Source: an uncultured Rhodobacterales bacterium
GTDB lineage: Bacteria > Pseudomonadota > Alphaproteobacteria > Rhodobacterales > Rhodobacteraceae
Direction: 5' to 3'
DNA length: 64,000 nt
NCBI GenBank assembly: GCA_964627355.1
Contig: CAZVIS010000001.1
Coordinates: forward strand, 37,086 to 101,085
A program made the position numbers and the translations under genes. A model generated the notes under the pieces. It searched no databases. It had not been told where the DNA came from and saw only the letters and a list, made by a program, of their open reading frames with translations. This document shows, piece after piece, positions 23,691-33,698 of the stretch (the stretch's first letter is position 1; each line of letters starts with the position of its first letter).

Positions 23691-26600
23691 TCAGGTATAA
23701 AGCGTGACGATGGCGGGCGTGCCCCGCCCGAGCCGGGCTGACAGCTGGAAGATGCGGACGGTGAAGGACTGGCCGGGGCCGAGGACGGCACCTAAGTCGG
23801 CGGTTTGCGCGGCGGCGCTGTAGAGGACCGAGGTCGTGCCCGATGCGAGGGTCCGCTTCAGCGTCGCCTCGTCCCAAATCTCTACCTCATAGGCTTCAGC
23901 GGCCTCCGCCACCGGCGGCTCGCCGATCTCCCAGGAGTCCGCCGACAGGTCGCGTGAGCGCCGCACCCAGCGGATTGTCAGGTCGCCCGGCACCCGGCCG
24001 GTCCGCCACGGCTGCTCGACGTTGACCGGCGCGAAGGGCAGAAGGCCACGGCCTGACGGGGTGAAGGCGGCTGCAAGGTAAGTCGGATCGGTCAGGCTTC
24101 GGGTGGAGGGGCCAATGCGCCAGTTCCAGGGGATGCCGATCTCCGACTCTGCTATCGGCAACGGTACAATCCGACCGTCCAACGCCACGATCCGCGCGCC
24201 GGGCGGCGTCGGGTTGCCCATCGCCTGTTCCGTGCCGACCTGCCCGCGCAGCAGGCGTGACAGCTGGTAGCGTCCTGCAGAGACCAGTTCGACGGTCGCC
24301 GCCTGGAGGATTTCCCAGTGCCCGGGGGAGGTCTCGACCGCGAAGGCGTTTGCGCCGCCGAAGAGATCGAGGTCTGTCACGCTGGCGAGCGTCCCGGTGG
24401 CCACGTCGATCAGCATCGAGTTGCCGAGATCGAAGATACTGACCGGGCCGGGGTAGAGCGCCGATGCCAATGTTCCCATGACGGCCTGCCCATCGACGGC
24501 GGTCAGGAAAGCAAAGCCATCCAGCGCCGGGCTTCGGAAGACGGCCAGTTGTCCCGGCCAAGGCTGTGAGGTTGCGGCGAGGTACGGTCGGTGGGCAGGC
24601 ACGTCCTCGCGCAGTTGCGGCAGATCGAGGAACACAGCGTCCGGCACTCCGAACACGACGGGGCGTGCGATGGAGGCGGGGCGGGGCGCACCTGGCGGCA
24701 GATCGTAAGCGCTACGGTCCTGGCGGATGTAGTCCAGTGTCCGGGCATAAGTGTCGGCGGTCTGCGCAATCCGAAGCTGCAAAGTGCGTCCGTCGTGGAG
24801 CAACCCCACCACGTCGGTCGGGTCGAGGGCCAGGCGCGAAGGCGGCAGCCGGAACGTGGCCGTCTCGCGGCCGACCCAAGCCTCGACCAGTGCGCGGCGG
24901 CAGCGGCGTTCGGCTTCTTCGGGCGGCACCGCAATGGCAAAGGCCTCGGAGGCAATCCTCGCCGAGTCGACCGTGATCCGCCGCGCCTCGACGATGGCGG
25001 CATCGTAATCCTCGTCGGCGCGGGCGATGGTCCACTTCAACGCCTGCGGCAGTTCGGATTCCTGCGCGCGGATGATCTCCATCGGCTCGCCCGTGCCCGC
25101 TTCTCCCGCCAGCATGTCGTCGGGCGTGATCGTCAGCACCGCCGCGCGGCCGCGCATCACGAAGCGCAGCTTGCCTTCGCTCTCGACCGCATCGAAGCCG
25201 AAGTGCCGGGACAGCACCGCGATGGAGGTCCGGGGGCTTTCCAGCGCCGAGATCACAAACCCCTCGACCGCACCCCAAAGGCTGGAGACGTCGATCTGGT
25301 TTGCGGGCATTCCGGCACGAGTGCAGAGCGCCCGGACCAGCGCCGCCAGCGACACAGCACCAAGCCGCCCGGTCAGCCAGTGCCCGAGTCGCCAGTTGTC
25401 GCCATCGGACCAGACGTCCGTCAGTTCGGGGAAGAACGGATAGGGCCGCGCATCCCAGGTCCAGGCGGCGCATTCGGGCAGCGTGACCATCGGCGCGCCG
25501 TAAACGCTGGACGTGGGGTTGTTTGCCCCGTTGCCCCAGAACAGCCACGAGGCTTCCAGATAGGCCCGCTGGATCGCATCGTCGCGCCAGCCGCGCGAGA
25601 AGTGGGGCGCGAAGGATTCCGAGGATTTCGGATCGACGAAGACGTTCGGCTGGTTGCTGCCCCGGTCGATGGCAGGACAGCCCAGTTCCGTGAACCAGAT
25701 CGGTTTCGACTGCGGCACCCATGCGGTGGGCGATCCGATCTCAGTGCCGCCGGGGCGGTTGTAGTGCGGGTTCGACCACCATGACCGCAGATCCTTGTAG
25801 CGGAACACCCACGGCTTGCCCCTGGCCATATCGGTGATCGGCGTCCGCACCTGCGCAGACCGATGCGCGTCGGTGGCATAGAACCAGTCGAACCCCTCGC
25901 CTCCGGCGATGTTGGCCTGCAGATAGGCGCGGTCGTGGATATCCGGCCAGGCGAGGGCGTCGAGGTGCTGGTCTCCATCCCGCCAGTCCGACAGCGGCAT
26001 GTAGTTGTCGATGCCGACGAAGCTGATGTTCGCGTCCGCCCAGAGCGGGTCGAGGTGGAAATAGACGTCGTTGCTGCCGTCCTGCGGCTGGTGGCCGAAG
26101 TATTCCGACCAGTCGGCCGCATAGCTGATCTTTGTGCCCGGCCCGAGGATGGCGCGCACGTCGGCCGCCAGCGCCTGGAAGGCCGCGACGGCCGGATAGG
26201 TGCTTGGCCCACTTCGGATCTGGGTCAGCCCGCGCATCTCGCTGCCAATCAGGAAGGCGTCGACCCCGCCCGCCGCCGCGCAGAGGTGGGCGTAATGCAG
26301 GATCATGCGCCGCAAGCCCCAGTCGGTCGGCGTGCCCGTGAAGCTGACGGTCTTTGCCGCCACCGTGAACTGCGTCCGCAAAGCCGTCCCGAAGAACGCC
26401 GCGACCTGCGTTGCCGCTCCGGCCGTCTTGTCCGGCGAGCCTGCAAAACCCGCCGCAGGGGAGCAGGTGATCCGCCCACGCCAGGGGAACACACTCTGGC
26501 CCACGCTTGCTGCGTTCGGGGTGTAGGGATCGGGCCGGGTATTCCCCGGCGGGATATCCATCATCAGGAACGGATAGAACGTCACCCGCTTGCCCCGCGC

Positions 26601-27656
26601 CCGAAGTTCCTCGATGGTTTGCACGATGCTCGCGTCCGAGGGCGTGCCTCCGTACACCGGCTTCCCGTCGATCTGGCTCACCACCCCGTAGGAGCCGCGC
26701 GACAGCCCGCCCACGGACCAGCCGGGCGAGGTCTGCTTGATGGCCACCTCCACCTTCGGCCTGACCGTGCAGACCCCCGCGCGCAGATCGTCCCCGAACC
26801 ATGCCGAGACCAGCGAGACGCTTTGCACAGCAGGGGCCATCGCTGCCAGCCGATCCAGTGCCACTTCGATATCCGGCACATCGGTCAGCGCGTTGCAGTT
26901 CTCGGCCCCTGAGGCCCCGGCGCCGGTGCGGCGCACGAGGCTGGTTGCGTAAGCAGACTCGCCCGAGGCCGGGATCAATGTGACGGCCCCGATCAGCCCC
27001 TCGGCGGTGTCCCACTCCGCCAGCGGACGGAACACCTCGAACGACAGTTGTGGCAGCCGGTTGCCATAGCGCTCCAGTGCCAGGTCTTCGAACACGACAT
27101 AGGCCGTGCCGCGATAGGCGGGGGTTACGGACGCCCCCATACGGGCGGCGATAAACGGGTCCGCCGTCTGCGACTCATTGCCGGGGTACCAGCGCCAGAC
27201 CACCCCCGACATGTCCATAGGTGCGCCGTCGGCCCAGATGCGGCCGATGCCGGTGATCGACCCCTCGCACAGCGCCACCGCAAATGACGCAGAATAGAGA
27301 TACTCCGTCGTCGTGACCTTCGGCTGGCGCCCGCCACCCTTGCCACCGCCGGACCGGGTGGTGACGACCTCTTCGCGGAAGTCCGTCGCCCAGAGGATAT
27401 TGCCGCCGATCCGCATCCGCCCGAAGAGGCGCGGCATGACGGTCCCTTCGGTCGCAGAGGTGATGCGCAAGCTATCCAGCCGCGCGCCTTCGATGCGCTG
27501 TCCGGGCGTCAGCGACGACAAGAGAAAGCTGTCGACCACGGAGCCGATTGACGATCCGACCAGCCCGCCGATCGCCGCGCCGGACAGCCCGAGGATCGTG
27601 CCGCCAAAGCCCGCGCCCAGCGCCGAACCCACAGCGCCAAGAACAAGCGTGGCCAT
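23691..27656 (-). CDS. RcGTA g15-like host-specificity / baseplate-hub protein (about 1320 aa)
   Basis: MATLVLGAVGSALGAGFGGTILGLSGAAIGGLVGSSIG is a glycine-zipper N-terminus. The protein is very large and follows an NlpC/P60 gene. The ATG at 27656 is chosen over the longer track ORF. Confidence 0.75.
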   Translation of the reverse strand: MATLVLGAVGSALGAGFGGTILGLSGAAIGGLVGSSIGSVVDSFLLSSLTPGQRIEGARLDSLRITSATEGTVMPRLFGRMRIGGNILWATDFREEVVTTRSGGGKGGGRQPKVTTTEYLYSASFAVALCEGSITGIGRIWADGAPMDMSGVVWRWYPGNESQTADPFIAARMGASVTPAYRGTAYVVFEDLALERYGNRLPQLSFEVFRPLAEWDTAEGLIGAVTLIPASGESAYATSLVRRTGAGASGAENCNALTDVPDIEVALDRLAAMAPAVQSVSLVSAWFGDDLRAGVCTVRPKVEVAIKQTSPGWSVGGLSRGSYGVVSQIDGKPVYGGTPSDASIVQTIEELRARGKRVTFYPFLMMDIPPGNTRPDPYTPNAASVGQSVFPWRGRITCSPAAGFAGSPDKTAGAATQVAAFFGTALRTQFTVAAKTVSFTGTPTDWGLRRMILHYAHLCAAAGGVDAFLIGSEMRGLTQIRSGPSTYPAVAAFQALAADVRAILGPGTKISYAADWSEYFGHQPQDGSNDVYFHLDPLWADANISFVGIDNYMPLSDWRDGDQHLDALAWPDIHDRAYLQANIAGGEGFDWFYATDAHRSAQVRTPITDMARGKPWVFRYKDLRSWWSNPHYNRPGGTEIGSPTAWVPQSKPIWFTELGCPAIDRGSNQPNVFVDPKSSESFAPHFSRGWRDDAIQRAYLEASWLFWGNGANNPTSSVYGAPMVTLPECAAWTWDARPYPFFPELTDVWSDGDNWRLGHWLTGRLGAVSLAALVRALCTRAGMPANQIDVSSLWGAVEGFVISALESPRTSIAVLSRHFGFDAVESEGKLRFVMRGRAAVLTITPDDMLAGEAGTGEPMEIIRAQESELPQALKWTIARADEDYDAAIVEARRITVDSARIASEAFAIAVPPEEAERRCRRALVEAWVGRETATFRLPPSRLALDPTDVVGLLHDGRTLQLRIAQTADTYARTLDYIRQDRSAYDLPPGAPRPASIARPVVFGVPDAVFLDLPQLREDVPAHRPYLAATSQPWPGQLAVFRSPALDGFAFLTAVDGQAVMGTLASALYPGPVSIFDLGNSMLIDVATGTLASVTDLDLFGGANAFAVETSPGHWEILQAATVELVSAGRYQLSRLLRGQVGTEQAMGNPTPPGARIVALDGRIVPLPIAESEIGIPWNWRIGPSTRSLTDPTYLAAAFTPSGRGLLPFAPVNVEQPWRTGRVPGDLTIRWVRRSRDLSADSWEIGEPPVAEAAEAYEVEIWDEATLKRTLASGTTSVLYSAAAQTADLGAVLGPGQSFTVRIFQLSARLGRGTPAIVTLYT

Positions 27657-27660
27657 GTGA

Positions 27661-28104
27661 TCAAGCCTCCAGGGGCTGCGGAAACAGGAAGGCCAGCGCG
27701 ATGCGCCGCGACCATGCGGGGGTGAGCGGTTCTTCGACCACGCCGAGGCCTTCGTAGGCGTGTGTGAACGAACGTTCACTTGTCAGGATGCCGATGTGCT
27801 TCGCAATCGCCCCGCGCCGCATGCGAAACAGCACCAGCGCGCCGCGCTTCGCATCAGCCACCGGCACCATCAGCATCCACCGCCCCGCGCCGTCGGCCAG
27901 CACCTCGAACGGTCCGGCCTCGCCCCAATCCCGACTGTAGGGCGGCACCGGCAGCGGTTCCGGCCCGACGACCTCGCGCCAGACGCCGCGCGCAAGGCCG
28001 AGGCAGTCACAACCTGCGCCCTTGACGCTCGCCTGATCATGGTAGGGCGTGCCCAACCACCCACGGGCGGCGGCGATCACGAGGGCGGGGTCGGCCGACA
28101 TCAC
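27661..28104 (-). CDS. NlpC/P60 cell-wall peptidase (RcGTA g14-like)
   Basis: ARGWLGTPYHDQASVKGAGCDCLGLARGVW contains the catalytic Cys context. A His lies in AKHIGIL. Confidence 0.8.
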   Translation of the reverse strand: MMSADPALVIAAARGWLGTPYHDQASVKGAGCDCLGLARGVWREVVGPEPLPVPPYSRDWGEAGPFEVLADGAGRWMLMVPVADAKRGALVLFRMRRGAIAKHIGILTSERSFTHAYEGLGVVEEPLTPAWSRRIALAFLFPQPLEA

Positions 28105-28985
28105 AGCACACCGCCATCATTGCCGCCGTCACGCACCGCATAGCGCAGGACGGAATCCTGCCCCGGGATGGTCGGAAAGCCCCGGAAGTTGACAGCGTTG
28201 CCGAACTTCGCCGAACAGGTGGCGATCCGCTTGTCGCAACCTGCCCGGATCGCGAAGGTATGGCCTGCCGCGATGGCCTGCACCGGGGCCTCAAGCAGCG
28301 TGATCGTCACGTCACTGCCCGCCTTGTCGTGGATCATGATCTCGCCCCGCCGCCCGAGGTTCGGCCCAGAAGTCCATTCGACGGTGCCGAAGCCGAACCA
28401 GCCCTCGGCAAAGCCAGCCAGCCCCGAGGCCAGGAAGGCGCGGTCGCGCAGCAGTGTGAGAACAATGCCGGTGCCCTTGTTCACCGCTGACTCCAGATCC
28501 ACGCCGCAACGCGCATCGCCCAGCGCCGCATCGCAGTTCGCCTGGAACATCCGCCCCACCGTCTGCGCCAGCACATGCGACAGACTGCGGACCTCGGCCA
28601 CGAAGGCCAGCCGCCCACGCCTGATCTGCCCGATGGCGCCCTGCCGCATCAGCACGCGCTGCGCGGTGTCCGCCCAATTCACCCGCCATGCCTCGACCTG
28701 TGCGTTGTCCCAGCGCCCGTCGAGAATGTCCGTTTCCGTGATCCGCCCCGACATCAGCACGCCTTCCGCGTCCTGCGCATCGACCGACAGATCGGACCCC
28801 GACCGGACCTCGGACGCGATCAGCCCGCTGTCCGGCTCGAAACTCGTGCCAAGGAAGGCCAGCGTCCGGTCGTGATCGGTGAACCCCATGACAACCCCGT
28901 CGGCCCGGACGATCCGCCAGCACCAGGCCAGCGTCGTCGTGCCATCGTCCAGATGCGCCTGCAGGGCGACGGGCAATGCTTTCAT
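28101..28985 (-). CDS. Distal tail protein (RcGTA g13-like, DUF2163-type)
   Basis: Based on position and size, MKALPVALQAHLDDGTTTLAWCWRI and the C-terminus CDKRIATCSAKFGNAVNFRGFP. Confidence 0.65.
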   Translation of the reverse strand: MKALPVALQAHLDDGTTTLAWCWRIVRADGVVMGFTDHDRTLAFLGTSFEPDSGLIASEVRSGSDLSVDAQDAEGVLMSGRITETDILDGRWDNAQVEAWRVNWADTAQRVLMRQGAIGQIRRGRLAFVAEVRSLSHVLAQTVGRMFQANCDAALGDARCGVDLESAVNKGTGIVLTLLRDRAFLASGLAGFAEGWFGFGTVEWTSGPNLGRRGEIMIHDKAGSDVTITLLEAPVQAIAAGHTFAIRAGCDKRIATCSAKFGNAVNFRGFPTIPGQDSVLRYAVRDGGNDGGVL

Positions 28986-29608
28986 CGTCTGATCTCCATC
29001 AGGGGAATGGAAGTGATCGTGCCCAGCCGCTCGACATCGAGGGTCACATCCATGCTGTCGCTCTCGAACCGGACCGGCACGTCGAACTCGAAGCCTGCCG
29101 CGACTGCCACGGCCGCGCCAGGTGCTGTGGTGAAGGTGACAAGTCCGGTCGTAGTGTCGACGGTCCAGCCCGACAGCTGCTCCACGCCGCCCAGCGCCAT
29201 GCGGATGGTACCGGCCACCGGCTTGACGATGGTCCGAGTCCAGAACTGCGCGTCGGAGACATACCGCTTGAACAGCTGGAAGACCCGGTTCGATCCCGTG
29301 CCGGTGCCGATCGGCTGGTCGGCGAAGCCCGGAGTGGCCGAAGGTGCGCAGGATTTGAAGTCGGACCAGTCCTTGAACCGGAAACCGTGCAGCCGCCCGT
29401 TGCGGGCTTCGAAGAAGGCCACCACCGCCGCCAGATCGTCGGCGCGACGCACGCCATAGCCGACATCATAGCGCCGCCGCGAGTTGGCCCAGCTGGCATT
29501 GCGCTCCTCATCGCCCGAGAACAACTCGACGATCTGCGTGCGCCGCTCGGGCCCTCCGCGCGCGCCGCGGCTGATATTGTCGGGGAACCGGACTTCGTGG
29601 AAGGCCAT
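28982..29608 (-). CDS. Distal tail protein (RcGTA g12-like, DUF2460-type)
   Basis: MAFHEVRFPDNISRGARGGPERRTQIV is a typical N-terminus. The gene is overlap-coupled to both neighbours. Confidence 0.65.
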   Translation of the reverse strand: MAFHEVRFPDNISRGARGGPERRTQIVELFSGDEERNASWANSRRRYDVGYGVRRADDLAAVVAFFEARNGRLHGFRFKDWSDFKSCAPSATPGFADQPIGTGTGSNRVFQLFKRYVSDAQFWTRTIVKPVAGTIRMALGGVEQLSGWTVDTTTGLVTFTTAPGAAVAVAAGFEFDVPVRFESDSMDVTLDVERLGTITSIPLMEIRR

Positions 29609-32055
29609 CAGATGCCCCTCCGGCCAGCGTTGACGGCACGGGCAATGTCGGCTGCAACTTGCGTGCGGGACTGCCGGAAGCTCTCGGCGTCGCGTGCCAT
29701 GATGGTGACGGAGATGTTCGGGGAGGCACCTTGTCCTTGCCCATATCTGGCAGCCTCACGGCGGGAGAGGACACGTTCGCCCCGCTGCAGGATGGCCGGA
29801 ACTTCGTCGGGTCTGATCCCCGCCCAGCCACCGGCATGCATGCGCGGGGCATTGGAAAAGGCCAGCGCGGGAACCATGCGGCCCGGGCGTGATGATCCTA
29901 CCATGCCACCCGCATGCAGGATGTTGGCGAACAGGCCACCGGCACCGCCCAGCGCACCGGACAGGGCGTTGGCAATCGGCCCCAGGATGAAGCGCCGTGC
30001 CGCCAGCTTGGCCAGATCGGCGATCAGCGAGGTGACCAGATCCCGGAAGTCGAGCTTGCCGGTCTTGACGAACTCACCCACGGCGCTCTCGGCCGAGGTG
30101 AAGGCCCCGACCAGCGTCTGGCCAATGTCCCCGCTGATCTCGCGGGCCTTGGCGGCATAGTCGGCAAGGGTCGCGGTGACGGCAGCCCAGCCGGTTGCTG
30201 CCGCATCCGCGCCCGCCGCCGCCGCTGCCCCGGCACCGCGCGCGGCACCGCCCGCACCTTTTGCGGCTGTGGTCGCCTCATCCAGTTCGGTATTCAGCGC
30301 ATCTGCTGAAGCTGCTGCATCGGCGAGCGCGGATTCGCCTTCGCTTCCCGCCCCGGCAACGGCATCCTTCAGCGCCTGCCAGCTGGCCAGTGGTCGCCCC
30401 GCTGCATCTGCCAGCATGCCCGAGGCCTCGCGATAGCCGTCGGCCCGGCCCCGCGCGTCTTCTGCCATCCCGGCCAGGCCAAGGTCGGGCGTGGTGACAT
30501 AGGTTTGCGCCATAGCAGCCGAGAAGGCTTCTGCGGCGGCGGTTCCGGCGGCAGCGGCAGAACCGGCGAAGGGGTTGTCGATCCGGCCGAGGGCCAGCGG
30601 GTCCAGCGTGCCGATGCGGGCCCCGCCTTCGCCCACGGCCCAATCCGGCAGCAAGGCCAGCGCGGCGTTCAACCCGGTGATGAAAGCATTGATGCGTGTG
30701 ACGACGCCGTTCAGCATCGCCTCGACGCCCGAGATCAGACCGTTCGCCGCCTGAAAGGCGAAGTCGCCGATCGTGCCGGGCAGCTGGCCCCAGATCGCCT
30801 TGACCGCGTCATAGGCCCCCTGGAAGATCCCGGCCGCCGCATTGCCGAAGCTGGTCACGGCATCGAGCGAGGACTGCATCGCGCCAAGGATGGTTGCCTG
30901 CAGCCCGGCCCAGCTGGCTTCCACCTTCGACCAGGCGGACGCGCCGCCAAGGCCGATGCGATCCCAGACCTCCAAGGCCACATCCTTCAGGAGGCCCATC
31001 GCGGCCCCGAACCCGCCTGCGCCTGCTGACAGCCGGGTGAACTGGAAGACCAGTTCGCCAGCGCCGACGATCAGCGCCCCGATACCGGTGCGGATCAGCG
31101 CGCCGTGCAGGATCACCAACCCGGTGGCCAGCCCGCGCACCGACAGGGCGGCGGCCGCCAGCCCTGCCACCCAGCGCCCCGCCATCAAGGTGGCGAAGGT
31201 CGCGGCATAGGTCGTCAGGCGGCCGATGTTGTCGAAGAGTGCCGAGATGGCTATACTGATCGGCCCGGTGCTGCGCGCCATGTCGGCCAGCGTGTTGGCC
31301 ACGGCCTCCAGCGCCGGGGCGACGGCAGCGGTCAGCCGGTTGGTCAGCCCCAGCCAGATCAGGCTGAGCCGGGCGATGGCGTCACCCGCGCGTTCGATCT
31401 GCGCCGCATCACTGGCGCTGACCGCCACGCCGAAGTCGCGCACATCCCTCGTCGCTTCGCGCAGGGTCGCGGGATCGATACGCAGAAACGCAAGCGCCGC
31501 CTTGTCGCCGAAGAGGTCCGAGGCGACGGCCGCCCGTTCGGCTTCCGGCACGAAGCGGTTCAGTGCCTCCTGAATGGCCACGATGCGCTGATCGAGCGGC
31601 AGCGCTTGCAGTTCAGCGGCTGTCAGGTTCAGCCGCTGCAGCGCTCCGACCGCCGTTCCCGACCCTGCGGCGGCTTCCGACAACCGGGTGGTCAGCTTCT
31701 TCGTCGCCTGTTCGATCTCGCCCATCGAGACCCCGGCCAGTTCCCCAGCCCATGTCAGCACCTGGAGGCTTTCGACAGTGGTCCGCAGCGACGCCGCCAT
31801 GTCCGCCTGCGCACCGATGGTCTCGAGGCCAGACCGGACCATCGCCACACCCGCTGCGGCCGCCGCGACCGTCACGGCCGCCATTGCAAACCCCGCCTTG
31901 CGGGCAAAGCTGGCAAGCCGGGTGTTGGCCAGTTCCATCTCGGAAGACAGCCGACCGAAGCCCCGCGCGCCAGCCGTGCCGATGCCTTCCAGCTCGGCGC
32001 GCACCTGACGGCCGCCTTCCGCCACGAGGCGGACGGATACACGCTTCTCAGCCAT
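29608..32055 (-). CDS. Tail tape measure protein (815 aa)
   Basis: It is a long Ala/Gly-rich helical protein that directly follows the chaperone G/GT pair. Confidence 0.8.
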   Translation of the reverse strand: MAEKRVSVRLVAEGGRQVRAELEGIGTAGARGFGRLSSEMELANTRLASFARKAGFAMAAVTVAAAAAGVAMVRSGLETIGAQADMAASLRTTVESLQVLTWAGELAGVSMGEIEQATKKLTTRLSEAAAGSGTAVGALQRLNLTAAELQALPLDQRIVAIQEALNRFVPEAERAAVASDLFGDKAALAFLRIDPATLREATRDVRDFGVAVSASDAAQIERAGDAIARLSLIWLGLTNRLTAAVAPALEAVANTLADMARSTGPISIAISALFDNIGRLTTYAATFATLMAGRWVAGLAAAALSVRGLATGLVILHGALIRTGIGALIVGAGELVFQFTRLSAGAGGFGAAMGLLKDVALEVWDRIGLGGASAWSKVEASWAGLQATILGAMQSSLDAVTSFGNAAAGIFQGAYDAVKAIWGQLPGTIGDFAFQAANGLISGVEAMLNGVVTRINAFITGLNAALALLPDWAVGEGGARIGTLDPLALGRIDNPFAGSAAAAGTAAAEAFSAAMAQTYVTTPDLGLAGMAEDARGRADGYREASGMLADAAGRPLASWQALKDAVAGAGSEGESALADAAASADALNTELDEATTAAKGAGGAARGAGAAAAAGADAAATGWAAVTATLADYAAKAREISGDIGQTLVGAFTSAESAVGEFVKTGKLDFRDLVTSLIADLAKLAARRFILGPIANALSGALGGAGGLFANILHAGGMVGSSRPGRMVPALAFSNAPRMHAGGWAGIRPDEVPAILQRGERVLSRREAARYGQGQGASPNISVTIMARDAESFRQSRTQVAADIARAVNAGRRGI

Positions 32056-32715
32056 CTCGGCCTCCTTCCATTTGCTCGTTCAGTTTGCGCACCATCACCG
32101 CCTCGATCTCGGGGAGCAGTTCGGCGGCGATCAGGGGGTTGATCCCGAGGGCCCGTGCGAGGGCCAATGCCGCGCCCATGTCCCAGCCGAGCACAGCGCC
32201 GGGGATCACGCGCAACTGGCCTCCAAGGCGACCGACGAGGTCCCAGACCTGCCAGCCTTCCAGCGTCTGCGGGCGGTTCAGTCGTGTGGGACAGTCCGGG
32301 CACGGCCCTGCGCAGGCCGCGCAGTAGCCGTCGCCCCCGCCGAAGGACCAGTCGGCGAGGGCGCGGAGACGTTTTTTTCTGCGTCCAGGATCAGGCCCCT
32401 CGCAACATAACGGGTCTGGAACGCTTCGAAGACCGGCCAGATTTCCAGAAGGGCATCGATGCCCTCGGGGCTGACAGGCAGCAGGTTGCCCGCCTCATCG
32501 CCAACTCCCTGCCAATCCAGAACGGCGCGGCGCGCGACGGCCTTGGCCATGGCCAGCGCCAGTGCCTCCTGTGTGGCATCTTCGGGCAATGCCTCGATAG
32601 CCGGATCGGCGCGGGCGGACACCATCAGCGCCGTGGTCAGCGGGCCGACCAGCAGGCGCAAGCCGGGGGCGAGCTCCAGCCATTCCGGTGTGGCGGACAG
32701 ATTCAGGCGGATCAT
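32048..32715 (-). CDS. Predicted -1 frameshift-extended chaperone (GT-like product)
   Basis: My own translation shows the -1 frame is open from the A7 slip site to a TGA at 32048-32050. It reads ...AEKKRLRALADWSFGGGDGYCAACAGPCPDCPTRLNRPQTLEGWQVWDLVGRL...KLNEQMEGGRDG and has no start codon of its own. Confidence 0.6.
32278..32715 (-). CDS. Tail assembly chaperone (G-like, zero-frame product)
   Basis: The ATG at 32715 gives MIRLNLSATPEWLEL. The gene lies between the tail tube and tape measure genes. Confidence 0.7.
   Translation of the reverse strand: MIRLNLSATPEWLELAPGLRLLVGPLTTALMVSARADPAIEALPEDATQEALALAMAKAVARRAVLDWQGVGDEAGNLLPVSPEGIDALLEIWPVFEAFQTRYVARGLILDAEKNVSAPSPTGPSAGATATARPAQGRARTVPHD
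32372..32378 (-). promoter_or_regulatory. Slippery heptamer A AAA AAC (T7 run on the plus strand)
   Basis: The zero-frame codons are GAA AAA AAC (E K N) inside the chaperone gene. Confidence 0.6.
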
Positions 32716-32717
32716 GA

Positions 32718-33656
32718 TCAGTACCCCGTGAGCAGGTTGACGAGAACGGCGGTGCACATGCGGGCCGGGCTGGTGGCCTTGGCGGCGATCCAGTCGAAGG
32801 TGGCCTGCACCCCTTGGGGCCCGGCGATCTCGATGCGGGGACGGGGCAGGTAGACGGCATGGGCGGTGAAGGTGAAACTGGCATTGGCCCCGAGGCTGTA
32901 GCTGAACTCCAGCTCGCAGGGCGTGCCGTCGATCGCTTGGGTGATCAGCGTGGTGTCGGAGAACCGCACCTCGATCCGGCCTGACAGGGCGGCCATGGCA
33001 GGGTCTGCTCCGTCAATGCGGCCGTCGCCGCGGATGGTCTCGATCCGGTCGAGGTTGTTGGAATAGGTGATCTCGGCCGAGACGACATTCCCCAGCGCCA
33101 CCGTGTTGCGCTTCACGGTGCCGTTGAAATGGCCGAACCGCTGCAGCCCCAGCGCCGTCGGTGTGCCAGCGGCTGTTGCGGCGGCGATGTTCTCGCCTTG
33201 CGCCACAAGCCGGGCGGTGGCGGTCAGGAGCCCGGAGCGCTGCATCTGCCAGGACAGCTGATCCAGCACGCAGCCGGAATACATCGCGAAACGAGGCACC
33301 TCCGGCATCGCGGTTTCAATCGCCATGCTGGGCAGGGTCCAGTTGCCGGATTGAAACGTATGGGTCTTCGGCGTGGTGCCACTGGTGACCGGCTGGCCAA
33401 AGGCGGCCTTCAGCCAGAACCCGAAGGCCTCGACATCGATGGGCACCACCACTTCGCCGTCGGCCGTGACGGCGTCCTTCACAGGAGCAAGAGGATCACG
33501 CCCGTAACCCAGCAGCTCGGATTCCAGCAGCGGCTGTTCCGACCCCAGCGTTGTTCGGGCGAAGGGCATCAGCCGGAAGCCACCGGCCGGAGGGGTGCCG
33601 TAAGTCAACTCATACGCAAGCGCCATCTGCGCCCGCGCGCCTTGCGCACGTGCCAT
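32718..33656 (-). CDS. Putative major tail (tube) protein, 312 aa
   Basis: Called from its position immediately upstream of the chaperone genes. No motif was recognised. Confidence 0.55.
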   Translation of the reverse strand: MARAQGARAQMALAYELTYGTPPAGGFRLMPFARTTLGSEQPLLESELLGYGRDPLAPVKDAVTADGEVVVPIDVEAFGFWLKAAFGQPVTSGTTPKTHTFQSGNWTLPSMAIETAMPEVPRFAMYSGCVLDQLSWQMQRSGLLTATARLVAQGENIAAATAAGTPTALGLQRFGHFNGTVKRNTVALGNVVSAEITYSNNLDRIETIRGDGRIDGADPAMAALSGRIEVRFSDTTLITQAIDGTPCELEFSYSLGANASFTFTAHAVYLPRPRIEIAGPQGVQATFDWIAAKATSPARMCTAVLVNLLTGY

Positions 33657-33698
33657 GGGAAGGGTCCTTTCACTTTGAATTAGGGCGATTGCCTTGCG

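Noticed and set aside
23691-32055. The idea that this region is a gene transfer agent (RcGTA-like cluster) rather than a prophage.
   Set aside because: The tape measure is full length at 815 aa. Small and large terminase genes, a decoration protein, a lysis cassette, replication genes with iterons and an integration module are all contiguous with it. The gene content fits a phage.
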